Shown here in pieces: positions 26,449 through 34,252 of a stretch of 44,739 bases of DNA. Positions within the stretch are counted from its first letter, which is position 1, and each line of letters begins with the position of its first letter. Both the position numbers and the translations under genes were made by a program. The stretch comes from an uncultured Candidatus Izemoplasmatales bacterium (GTDB taxonomy: Bacteria > Bacillota_I > Bacilli_A > Izemoplasmatales > Izemoplasmataceae): positions 1-44,739 of the forward strand of contig CAYZOR010000002.1 of assembly GCA_964479895.1 (NCBI GenBank), read 5' to 3'. The notes beneath the pieces are model-generated. The model did not search any database. It saw only the letters and a program-made list of their open reading frames with translations, and was not told the origin of the DNA.

Positions 26449-27306
26449 ATGGAAAAAATTGCGATTGTAACGGATACCAACGCTTGTTTAGATTACTTGG
26501 ACTATGATTATGATATTCCTATATTAAGAAGCATTATTCATTTAGGGGACGATGAATATATTGATCACGAAGAATTAAAAGCGGAAGCGTTTTATGAAAA
26601 AATAAAAAGTGATAGTACGCTCTTTCCTAAAACTTCTCAACCCCCATTTGGAAAAATAATTGAAACGTTTGAACGTTTAGAACAAGAGGGATACACAGAT
26701 ATTATTGTCATCACCATATCCAGTCATATGAGTGGAATTTATAATTCAGTGTTAAGTGCGGGGAACACCTTAAAAAAAGCGACCGTTCATGCGTTTGATT
26801 CAAAAAGTGTTGCCTTCCCTCAAGCAAAAATGACCTTAACCGCTAAAGCAATGGCCAAAGAAGGCAAAAGCGTTGAAGCCATCTTCCATACCCTTCATAA
26901 CATTCGTGCCAATAATCATATTTATTTTGGTGTCGATACCCTTGCTTATTTAGTGAAAAACGGACGCTTATCAAATGCGCAAGGCTTTATTGGGAGCATG
27001 TTAAAAATCAAACCATTACTGCACATTTCAAAAGAAGGTAAAGTAGAAAACATTGAAAAAATACGTACCTTTAAAAAGGCGGTTAACCGTGTGATTGACC
27101 GTTTTATTGAAGAAACCAATTCCTTAAAACATTTAGAAGTTTTCATTTGTCATGCTCACAATCAAGCAATGTCTGATTATATAAAAACCACTATAAAAGA
27201 AAAAAATCCAACCATCAAAGATGTTTTAAGCATGCCCTTAACACCAGCAGTTGGCGCCCACGCTGGACCAGGTGCTATTGGTCTTGGATACTTTTATAAG
27301 GAATAA
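26449..27306 (+). CDS. DegV-family fatty-acid-binding protein
   Basis: IAIVTDTNA N-terminus and C-terminal GAHAGPGAIGLGY. About 285 aa, typical for the family. Confidence 0.88.
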   Translation: MEKIAIVTDTNACLDYLDYDYDIPILRSIIHLGDDEYIDHEELKAEAFYEKIKSDSTLFPKTSQPPFGKIIETFERLEQEGYTDIIVITISSHMSGIYNSVLSAGNTLKKATVHAFDSKSVAFPQAKMTLTAKAMAKEGKSVEAIFHTLHNIRANNHIYFGVDTLAYLVKNGRLSNAQGFIGSMLKIKPLLHISKEGKVENIEKIRTFKKAVNRVIDRFIEETNSLKHLEVFICHAHNQAMSDYIKTTIKEKNPTIKDVLSMPLTPAVGAHAGPGAIGLGYFYKE

Positions 27307-27309
27307 ACA

Positions 27310-28425
27310 ATGATTGACCGTTATTTAGAGGCTTTAAATCAAAAATTAAACCGCTATGAAATGTTTAAGCATGATAAAGATGCTTATATGCATGACGTTA
27401 AAGAATCCATCCGTCTTTTAAAACAACAAGGGAAAAGCGAAACAGAAATAATTGACGCATTAAAAACGCCCAAGGAATTAACTGAAGACTTGAATCAAAG
27501 GTTTCATAAAAAAAGGAGAATGCCTTTTACCGATAAAATTTTAGTGGTATCTCCCTTATTGGTTTTAACTAGTTATTTAATACTAGGTTTATTCTTTCAT
27601 TTATGGCACCCGGGATGGGTGATCATCTTTTCAATTCCTGGATTAGCCCTTTGTTTTGAGCTTTTAAACGATCCCGATAAACCGCTTTATAAAGCAATTT
27701 TACCATTGTTCATTATGATAGCCTTTTTCGTTTTTACCATAGGGTTTTCGATGTGGATATTTGCGTTGAGTATTTTAGCGTTGTTGCCGCTTATTGGTGT
27801 TTTAAATGGAGAACGATTAAAAAAACGCCCCATCGAAACCGTGTCGATAGCAATGCCATTTTTCACTATTTTTATAACGTTAAACCTGTATGCATTTATA
27901 ACTTCGAACCCTCTAATTTGGCATATTTTAATGGTTAATCCTTTAATATGGATGTTCAACATAAAAGTTACATCTAAAAAATTACTCTATAGTTTCACCT
28001 TAATTTTATTCATAATTAGTTATTTAACAGTCGCATTTTTAGAAGAAAATTTTACCCGAGCATATTTAATTTACATTGGGGTGATTCCGTATTTCATTAA
28101 TCCTATTAAAAGGGATTCGTTATTTCCCTTAGACATTAAAACGTTTTTAACGGCCATAAGTATAGGTGTTTTCGGTGTTTTAATGCTTGGGGTTTTAGAA
28201 TTGTATGCGTTTATAATGGTTCCTTTTATCATCTATACGTTCCTTTATACGTTGCCTAAAGATAGTCTTTTGAGTCAGTGGTTGATGCAAAGTGTCTTAT
28301 TTACCAGCTTTGTTGCGTTTGGTTTGTTTGCGGCGTTAAATGTTTACTTATTTTCATGGTGGGTCTTAATCATTATTGTTGTAATTAATGCTTTCTTCAA
28401 AGGGAAACTCTATGTCAGAACGTAA
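27310..28425 (+). CDS. DUF1700 (HAAS-type) N-terminal domain fused to a polytopic membrane domain
   Basis: N-terminus MIDRYLEALNQKL...QQGKSETEIIDALKTPKELTEDL, followed by about 8 hydrophobic helices. Confidence 0.65.
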   Translation: MIDRYLEALNQKLNRYEMFKHDKDAYMHDVKESIRLLKQQGKSETEIIDALKTPKELTEDLNQRFHKKRRMPFTDKILVVSPLLVLTSYLILGLFFHLWHPGWVIIFSIPGLALCFELLNDPDKPLYKAILPLFIMIAFFVFTIGFSMWIFALSILALLPLIGVLNGERLKKRPIETVSIAMPFFTIFITLNLYAFITSNPLIWHILMVNPLIWMFNIKVTSKKLLYSFTLILFIISYLTVAFLEENFTRAYLIYIGVIPYFINPIKRDSLFPLDIKTFLTAISIGVFGVLMLGVLELYAFIMVPFIIYTFLYTLPKDSLLSQWLMQSVLFTSFVAFGLFAALNVYLFSWWVLIIIVVINAFFKGKLYVRT

Positions 28426-28747
28426 ATTTTTAGTACTGAGTATCGGCGTTAACCTTTTAGCAACCTTTCATATTGTTTTGGTGCAAAGTGTCAATATGTA
28501 TCAGGTTCAAAGCAGTCTAATACACGCAGGCTTTGTTGCCCTAACCCTTGGTTTAATGCTTATGGTTTTAATGATCGCGTTTAGATTTTATGTTGTTTCA
28601 AGAAAAGAAAGCGACCCCAAAAAACCCTTCGTTTATCCCTTTAATATTTTGAGTTCGATCGTCATTAACGCAACGCTTATTTATTTTAATCTCATTATAT
28701 TTTTCAATCATATCAATACACTTTTAAGATATTTTATAGCATCATAA
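28412..28747 (+). CDS. Small membrane protein (3 predicted helices)
   Basis: The ATG at 28412 overlaps the upstream stop by 14 nt. The track start at 28388 is an alternative. Confidence 0.5.
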   Translation: MSERKFLVLSIGVNLLATFHIVLVQSVNMYQVQSSLIHAGFVALTLGLMLMVLMIAFRFYVVSRKESDPKKPFVYPFNILSSIVINATLIYFNLIIFFNHINTLLRYFIAS

Positions 28748-28756
28748 GGAGGGACT

Positions 28757-29068
28757 ATGGAAGAAAAAATAGCACTTATCAGGAAAATGTTTAAAAAAGG
28801 GAAATTTAAAATGCAAACTTCACAAGATTTGCTTCGTTTTGAATCGATTGAAGGGCCTACGCTTCCTTATCAAGATAAAACGTTTGAACTTTTTTATGAT
28901 AATAAAAATGCCAGTATAGTTTATGGTCATATTGAAGAAAAACATGGTAGAAGTTATCTTACCTTTTTAAAATTTTTTGATTATGAATATACATTTAATG
29001 AAAATTCTAACTATGAATGGTTTGATGTGCACATGGTTGGATTTAAAGATTTAAAAAGAAAAAAATAA
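28757..29068 (+). CDS. Hypothetical soluble 103-aa protein
   Basis: Strong SD TAAGGAGGG 3 nt upstream, and a terminator follows. I recognise no family with confidence. Confidence 0.6.
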   Translation: MEEKIALIRKMFKKGKFKMQTSQDLLRFESIEGPTLPYQDKTFELFYDNKNASIVYGHIEEKHGRSYLTFLKFFDYEYTFNENSNYEWFDVHMVGFKDLKRKK

Positions 29069-29098
29069 ACGCTTAGAATACAATTTCTAAGCGTTTTT
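29067..29098. terminator. Bidirectional Rho-independent terminator
   Basis: 12-bp perfect stem AAACGCTTAGAA / TTCTAAGCGTTT with loop TACAAT and A/T runs on both sides. The right arm contains the last codons and the TAG stop (29087-29089) of the minus-strand HD-GYP gene. Confidence 0.85.
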
Positions 29099-31141
29099 AA
29101 ATTGATATTTTTTAGTATTTTCGTCTTTAAAATGATCCAATAAACCTTCTTCAATCAATACCAAAACATTAGAAACCACATAATCTGGCCAGGCTTTATT
29201 GGCTTCTTGCTTTAAAATTTCATTGATTTCACCAACAGATTTTCTTGGTTGATAAGTACTGTCTCGTGCCATGGCCGCAATGGCTTCACTAATGGATAAA
29301 ATATAATCTTCCAAATTTAAGGATTGGTCATTAATTCCTTCGGGGTAGCCATTTCCATCGTAACGCTCATGATGGGTATACACCAATTGGGCAATGGGTT
29401 TTAAAACTTTAGAGTGATTGAGTAATTGATAACTGTAGTAAACGTGCTTTTTAATCGTTTCGTATTCTTGTATTGTAAGTTTAGAAGGTTTATTGACAAT
29501 TGAATTAGGTATGCCAATTTTCCCTATATCATGCATAATCCCAGCCCAGTATAGTTTGTTGATGGTTGAGGTGTCTAACTCAAAAGACTTTCCAATTTCA
29601 AAGCACAACATAGCAACATCCAAAGAATGAACCGATGTGTTTTCATCAAATAACTCTATCATATCTAACAAACTCAATACCATAGCATTTTGTTTATCAT
29701 TGTAATCATCACTCAGTATCTGCGTTTCATAAAAGCCATTCAATAAATTATTTAATGATTCAAAATATTTCATGATACTTTCACTAAATGATTTATCAGA
29801 GTTTGCATCTATGTCAAAACTCATCTCATAGATGAAATCTTTAGAAATATTGACACTCATTAATACGGTTTCTTTGATTTTAGGGTGCCTTTTTGCATGG
29901 TTTTCATACGTTTTTCCAAAATCGGTTTTAATCCATTCTTCCGCATGTTCAATTTTCAAAGGTTTATTTAATTTCCCTTTAAAATCATGGGCATTACTTC
30001 TTAGTTGATTTAAAAGTTTTACATCATACCCAACCGCATCAATCCAAGTAATGTGGTTATCTTTAACAAATACACACGACCCATAATCAATCCCACTGAA
30101 TAAATTAAATATGGTATGGAACATTTTAATCGCTTGTTTTTTTAATGTTTCATCATCATGTTCTATGACGGTATCACTCAATCCAAAAAGCGAATCAATC
30201 GATTGAAACAGATCATTCAATCTTTCGTTGGTTTCATTTAAAGAACATCTTTCTTTTTCAAGTCCTTTGAATAAAAGTTGTAAGGTGAAATATAAAACCG
30301 CGATGAAGGTTAAAAACAAGTTTATATCAAATAACATGTAAAATCTAGAAGCATTTAAAAAATCAACCGGTGGCCACAATGTAAAAAACATTAAAAATAT
30401 AAGTGCGCCAATATAAAATGCACGGTGTTGAAAATGATAGGCGCCATAAATCGCAAACGGGATAAACAAATATTTAAATGCACTATAATCAACAAATGGA
30501 AGATAATCATTGAACATCAAAAACGCAAATAATGCCAAAAAGGCATAAAACATTATTTCATGTCTTCCCACTTTATCTTTCATAAAAAACATAATCGATG
30601 TATCGTCATTTTCAAGGGATGGACTTACCGTTAACCCAAAAATAATTAAACTAAAAAAGTCCCCAAAAAACCATACAATTAAGCTGTCTAAAAACTCAGA
30701 AGCATCGATATATCCAATAAAATATATAAAGAGATTTGAACTGAATGCAGAATATAAACTAACCACCATAAAAATACCGAGTAAAACCATTAGATTATAA
30801 AACGTTACAAAAACAGGCTTTCTTAATTTTTTAAATACTATAACTGCCAAAGTAAGTATCGCAAGGGCATTAATACTTAAAACGAATGCGTAAATATAAC
30901 TTAAAAGGCTACTAGGATTCATCACCACATTATATAATAAGTATCCACTAAGCATTCCTAACCCTATAGGAATAAGCACTTTTTTTTCATACGTTAAAAT
31001 TAATGCAAAAGCGAACCCAAACGCAGGCCAAATAATGCTTGCTTGAAGGCTTAAGCTAAATTGATATCCAAATAAGACGAGTAAAGCCATTAGAAAATAA
31101 TAAAAAAATGAATGCATGAACGTAAGGGGTCTTTTCTGCAT
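29087..31141 (-). CDS. Polytopic membrane sensor protein with C-terminal HD-GYP domain (paralogue 2)
   Basis: HSLDVAML, GIMHDIGK and HHERYDGNGYPEGI motifs, with about 9-10 N-terminal TM helices. I prefer the ATG at 31141 (MQKRPL..., with AAAGGA upstream). The track start at 31171 is the alternative. Confidence 0.8.
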   Translation of the reverse strand: MQKRPLTFMHSFFYYFLMALLVLFGYQFSLSLQASIIWPAFGFAFALILTYEKKVLIPIGLGMLSGYLLYNVVMNPSSLLSYIYAFVLSINALAILTLAVIVFKKLRKPVFVTFYNLMVLLGIFMVVSLYSAFSSNLFIYFIGYIDASEFLDSLIVWFFGDFFSLIIFGLTVSPSLENDDTSIMFFMKDKVGRHEIMFYAFLALFAFLMFNDYLPFVDYSAFKYLFIPFAIYGAYHFQHRAFYIGALIFLMFFTLWPPVDFLNASRFYMLFDINLFLTFIAVLYFTLQLLFKGLEKERCSLNETNERLNDLFQSIDSLFGLSDTVIEHDDETLKKQAIKMFHTIFNLFSGIDYGSCVFVKDNHITWIDAVGYDVKLLNQLRSNAHDFKGKLNKPLKIEHAEEWIKTDFGKTYENHAKRHPKIKETVLMSVNISKDFIYEMSFDIDANSDKSFSESIMKYFESLNNLLNGFYETQILSDDYNDKQNAMVLSLLDMIELFDENTSVHSLDVAMLCFEIGKSFELDTSTINKLYWAGIMHDIGKIGIPNSIVNKPSKLTIQEYETIKKHVYYSYQLLNHSKVLKPIAQLVYTHHERYDGNGYPEGINDQSLNLEDYILSISEAIAAMARDSTYQPRKSVGEINEILKQEANKAWPDYVVSNVLVLIEEGLLDHFKDENTKKYQFKNA

Positions 31142-31255
31142 ATAAACACATCCTTTATTGTATTTTACCATTTCTAAACCAATATTTCAGTAAGTAAATT
31201 GTTCCTGTGAATAACCCCTGTGTTTATGATAGACTAAAAGAGAAGAAACTTATTG

Positions 31256-31283
31256 TTTACAAAATTTAACACTATGATATAAT
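31256..31283 (+). promoter_or_regulatory. Sigma-A promoter with extended -10
   Basis: -35 TTTACA (31256-31261), a 16-nt spacer, then TGaTATAAT (31275-31283). Confidence 0.6.
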
Positions 31284-31314
31284 ATCGTGATTATCTAAAA
31301 AGGAGAATAAAGAT

Positions 31315-31941
31315 ATGGAAAACTATATTGAATGGATTGGATATTTAGCCTCACTGACCGTATTAATCAGTTTATTAATGCGTTCTATAAAAAAACTTCG
31401 AATTATTAATACAATTGGGTCATTGATTTTTGCGATTTATGGCCTTCAAATTGGAAGCTATCCTGTTATGATTATGAACTTAGGGATTGTTTTTATTAAT
31501 CTGTATTATCTAAAACAAATCTATACCTCTACTGAATATTTTACAATTTTACCATTTGAAAAAAATGAGGAATATGCCAAAAAGCTCATTGAATTTTATC
31601 AAAGCGATATCAATCAGTTCATGAAAGTCAACGAATTGGTTTTAAAAGACGCTACGTTTCGCTTTTTAGTGCTTAGAAACATGAATCCTGCAGGGATTTT
31701 TGTGGCCCAAAAATCGGACGACAATACGCTTGAGATTACCTTAGATTATGCGACTCCACAATTTCAAGATTTTAAAACAGGGGCCCATATTTATGAAAAA
31801 GCTCAATCGGAATTTAAGCAATCTGGCTTTTCGAAATTCATCATGAAAGCGTCATCTGAAGCCCATAAGAAATACTTAGAAAAAATGGGATTCCAACAAA
31901 CCACTTGGAACGATGAATCCTATTATCTTAAAAACATTTAA
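31315..31941 (+). CDS. YgjV-like membrane domain fused to a GNAT-like C-terminal domain
   Basis: Three N-terminal hydrophobic helices (IEWIGYLASLTVLISLL..., IGSLIFAIYGLQIG..., VMIMNLGIVFINLYYL). The soluble domain ends in ...SGFSKFIMKASSEAHKKYLEKMGFQ, which is acetyltransferase-like. SD AAGGAG. Confidence 0.5.
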   Translation: MENYIEWIGYLASLTVLISLLMRSIKKLRIINTIGSLIFAIYGLQIGSYPVMIMNLGIVFINLYYLKQIYTSTEYFTILPFEKNEEYAKKLIEFYQSDINQFMKVNELVLKDATFRFLVLRNMNPAGIFVAQKSDDNTLEITLDYATPQFQDFKTGAHIYEKAQSEFKQSGFSKFIMKASSEAHKKYLEKMGFQQTTWNDESYYLKNI

Positions 31942-31944
31942 CAC

Positions 31945-31980
31945 AATCACCGCTTATAAGCAAGCGGTGATTTTTATTTT
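31945..31980 (+). terminator. Rho-independent terminator
   Basis: 11-bp perfect stem AATCACCGCTT / AAGCGGTGATT with a 6-nt loop, followed by TTTTTATTTT. Confidence 0.88.
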
Positions 31981-32000
31981 GCGCAATAACTAAAAACGTT

Positions 32001-32029
32001 TTAAACTTGGGGGTATAAAGTGATATAAT
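32001..32029 (+). promoter_or_regulatory. Extended -10 promoter of the ABC transporter pair
   Basis: TGaTATAAT at 32021-32029, with a weak -35 TTAAAC 17 nt upstream. Confidence 0.5.
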
Positions 32030-32059
32030 GGGTTTGAATATTAAATAGGATGTGGTGAA

Positions 32060-34243
32060 ATGCTTAAGTTAAAAAATATCTCAAAATATTACCATCAAAC
32101 AGGCAATGTTGTAAAAGCCTTAGACTCTATAGATTTGACGTTTGAAAATAACGAATTTGTCGTTATTACCGGGGAATCAGGGAGCGGTAAATCAACGCTT
32201 TTAAATGTGATCAGTGGACTTGATACGTATGAAGATGGGGAAATGGTTTTCTTAAATCAAGAAACTGCCTATTTTTCTAAAACACAGTGGGAAGCATACC
32301 GTAAGAATAATATCGGGTTTATTTTTCAAAACTATAACATTATAGAATCATTTACTGTCTATGAAAATGTAGAAATGTCTGCGCTTATTAAAGGATATGA
32401 TCCTGATAAAAGAAAAGCGCATGTTTTAAACATGATTGAAAGCGTTGGGTTGAAAGGAAAAGAAAAACAAAAGTGTTCTACCTTATCAGGAGGAGAGAAA
32501 CAACGCGTTGCGATTGCGCGTGCTTTGGCGAAAGATGCGCCCCTTATTATTGCGGATGAACCAACAGGAAACTTAGATAAAAAAACTGGAGAAAGCATCT
32601 TAAAGCTGTTAAAAGAAATCGCCAAAGACAAACTCGTCTTATTGGTTTCGCATAGCTTTGAATCAGTTGAACCATATGCAACGCGACATGTAAGGTTATT
32701 TGATGGGGAAGTTACATTGGATAAAACCTTAAAACAAACATCCCCAAGTGCGGCTAAAGAAATTGAATCTGACCAACCATTAACGTGGTGGACGCTATTA
32801 GTCATTGCGTTTAAAAATATTTTTTCAACTCCAAAACGCAGTGTCTTTACCTTTTTGATTTCGGTTTTTATGGTGTTGGTTTTTGCGCTTGTATACGGCT
32901 CATACGTCCAACAGATTAATAGTGTCCCAGGGAATAGTTTTGTGCAAGGGTTTAATCATGTGACAGAAAACCGTTTAATTATAACCAAAACGAATCATGA
33001 AGCCTTCAGCGACTCTGAGGTAGCGTCTTTTATGAATCATTCTGATGTTATAGACGTCTTAGCGTATGATCCAGTCCTTGATCTTGATGTTCATATCCCT
33101 TTTGTGAATGGCAATGAATCATTTTCGTTTGGGGGCGGTGCGATTTTACCAAGCACATTGATCCAGCAAAGGAATTTAGAATCTGGAAGGCTTCCGCAAA
33201 ACGACGGTGAAGTCGTTATTGCCAGCAATGAAGATTATGAAATTGGCGATGAAGTGTCTTTAGCGTTCGCACATACATTTAGAGGTGGCCAACAACAAGC
33301 GGATGCGTATTATATAACAAAAGAAGTCGTTGGACTTATGGACGCGCCAGGACGGTTTAGTTTCACCGTATATGCGTCGCGTGATTTTTTTGAAGATCCA
33401 TTGGTTAAAGCGTATGCTTTCTTTAGAAATAATCAAATCATGGCTGAATATGAAACAAATGATGAGACAAGTGGCTATGGCATTAATACTTATGATGTAT
33501 TACTCACAACAAGCATTGATGAAAATGATCTGTGGCTTAGTGATTATATAAGAAATGGAATCGGTATTGATAATGGCTCACCCATTGATTTAACATTTAA
33601 CGATTCATTTTCTCGAGATGATCATATAAAAAGCTTTAATTTATTAGAGTTAAGCGCCTTAAATGGAAACCACGGATTAATCATTCATCCCAATGGTTTA
33701 AGTGCGCTTTTCGAAGATATCCCAAGCTACCAAATAACCGTGTTGGTCGAAGATAGTTTTGATGCCCAAACCGTGATGGATTCCATTGATAGTGAAACGT
33801 ATAATACTTTATATCCTGCTGAGCAAAGTGATCCGTTTAACCAATTGGCCCGCGTCATGTTATCAATCTTCTTTGGTGGAATCAGTATTGGAGTTGCGTT
33901 TATAATGTATTTTGTAGGCTATTTATCCCTTAAAAATGTGATGAGCGCTAAGAAAAAAGATTATGTCATCTTAAGAGCAATTGGCATATCCAAAAAAGAG
34001 TTGAACCGAATTACGATTTTAGAAATGGTATTAAATATGATGCTTGCTTTAATCCTTGTGTTCATCGTATTAATTATTAACGAAAATTATTTATATTGGC
34101 TGCCTAATTATTTAAGATTTTATAACGTTTTAAACTATATTTTCTTAATTGTTGTCTTAGTTGGCTTAAGCATATTCTTAGCTTTAAGGTTCAATAAAAA
34201 ACTCTTTGATATTAGCGTAATCAGCGCTTTTAAGGAACAATAG
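32060..34243 (+). CDS. Fused MacB-type ABC transporter (N-terminal ATPase + FtsX-type permease), subunit 1
   Basis: Walker A GESGSGKST, signature LSGGEKQRVAIARAL, Walker B IIADEPTGNLD. TM1 lies near aa 245-285, followed by an extracytoplasmic domain of about 300 aa. The C-terminal FtsX-like 3-helix bundle includes LRAIGISKKEL. Confidence 0.85.
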   Translation: MLKLKNISKYYHQTGNVVKALDSIDLTFENNEFVVITGESGSGKSTLLNVISGLDTYEDGEMVFLNQETAYFSKTQWEAYRKNNIGFIFQNYNIIESFTVYENVEMSALIKGYDPDKRKAHVLNMIESVGLKGKEKQKCSTLSGGEKQRVAIARALAKDAPLIIADEPTGNLDKKTGESILKLLKEIAKDKLVLLVSHSFESVEPYATRHVRLFDGEVTLDKTLKQTSPSAAKEIESDQPLTWWTLLVIAFKNIFSTPKRSVFTFLISVFMVLVFALVYGSYVQQINSVPGNSFVQGFNHVTENRLIITKTNHEAFSDSEVASFMNHSDVIDVLAYDPVLDLDVHIPFVNGNESFSFGGGAILPSTLIQQRNLESGRLPQNDGEVVIASNEDYEIGDEVSLAFAHTFRGGQQQADAYYITKEVVGLMDAPGRFSFTVYASRDFFEDPLVKAYAFFRNNQIMAEYETNDETSGYGINTYDVLLTTSIDENDLWLSDYIRNGIGIDNGSPIDLTFNDSFSRDDHIKSFNLLELSALNGNHGLIIHPNGLSALFEDIPSYQITVLVEDSFDAQTVMDSIDSETYNTLYPAEQSDPFNQLARVMLSIFFGGISIGVAFIMYFVGYLSLKNVMSAKKKDYVILRAIGISKKELNRITILEMVLNMMLALILVFIVLIINENYLYWLPNYLRFYNVLNYIFLIVVLVGLSIFLALRFNKKLFDISVISAFKEQ

Positions 34244-34252
34244 GTGATTAAA

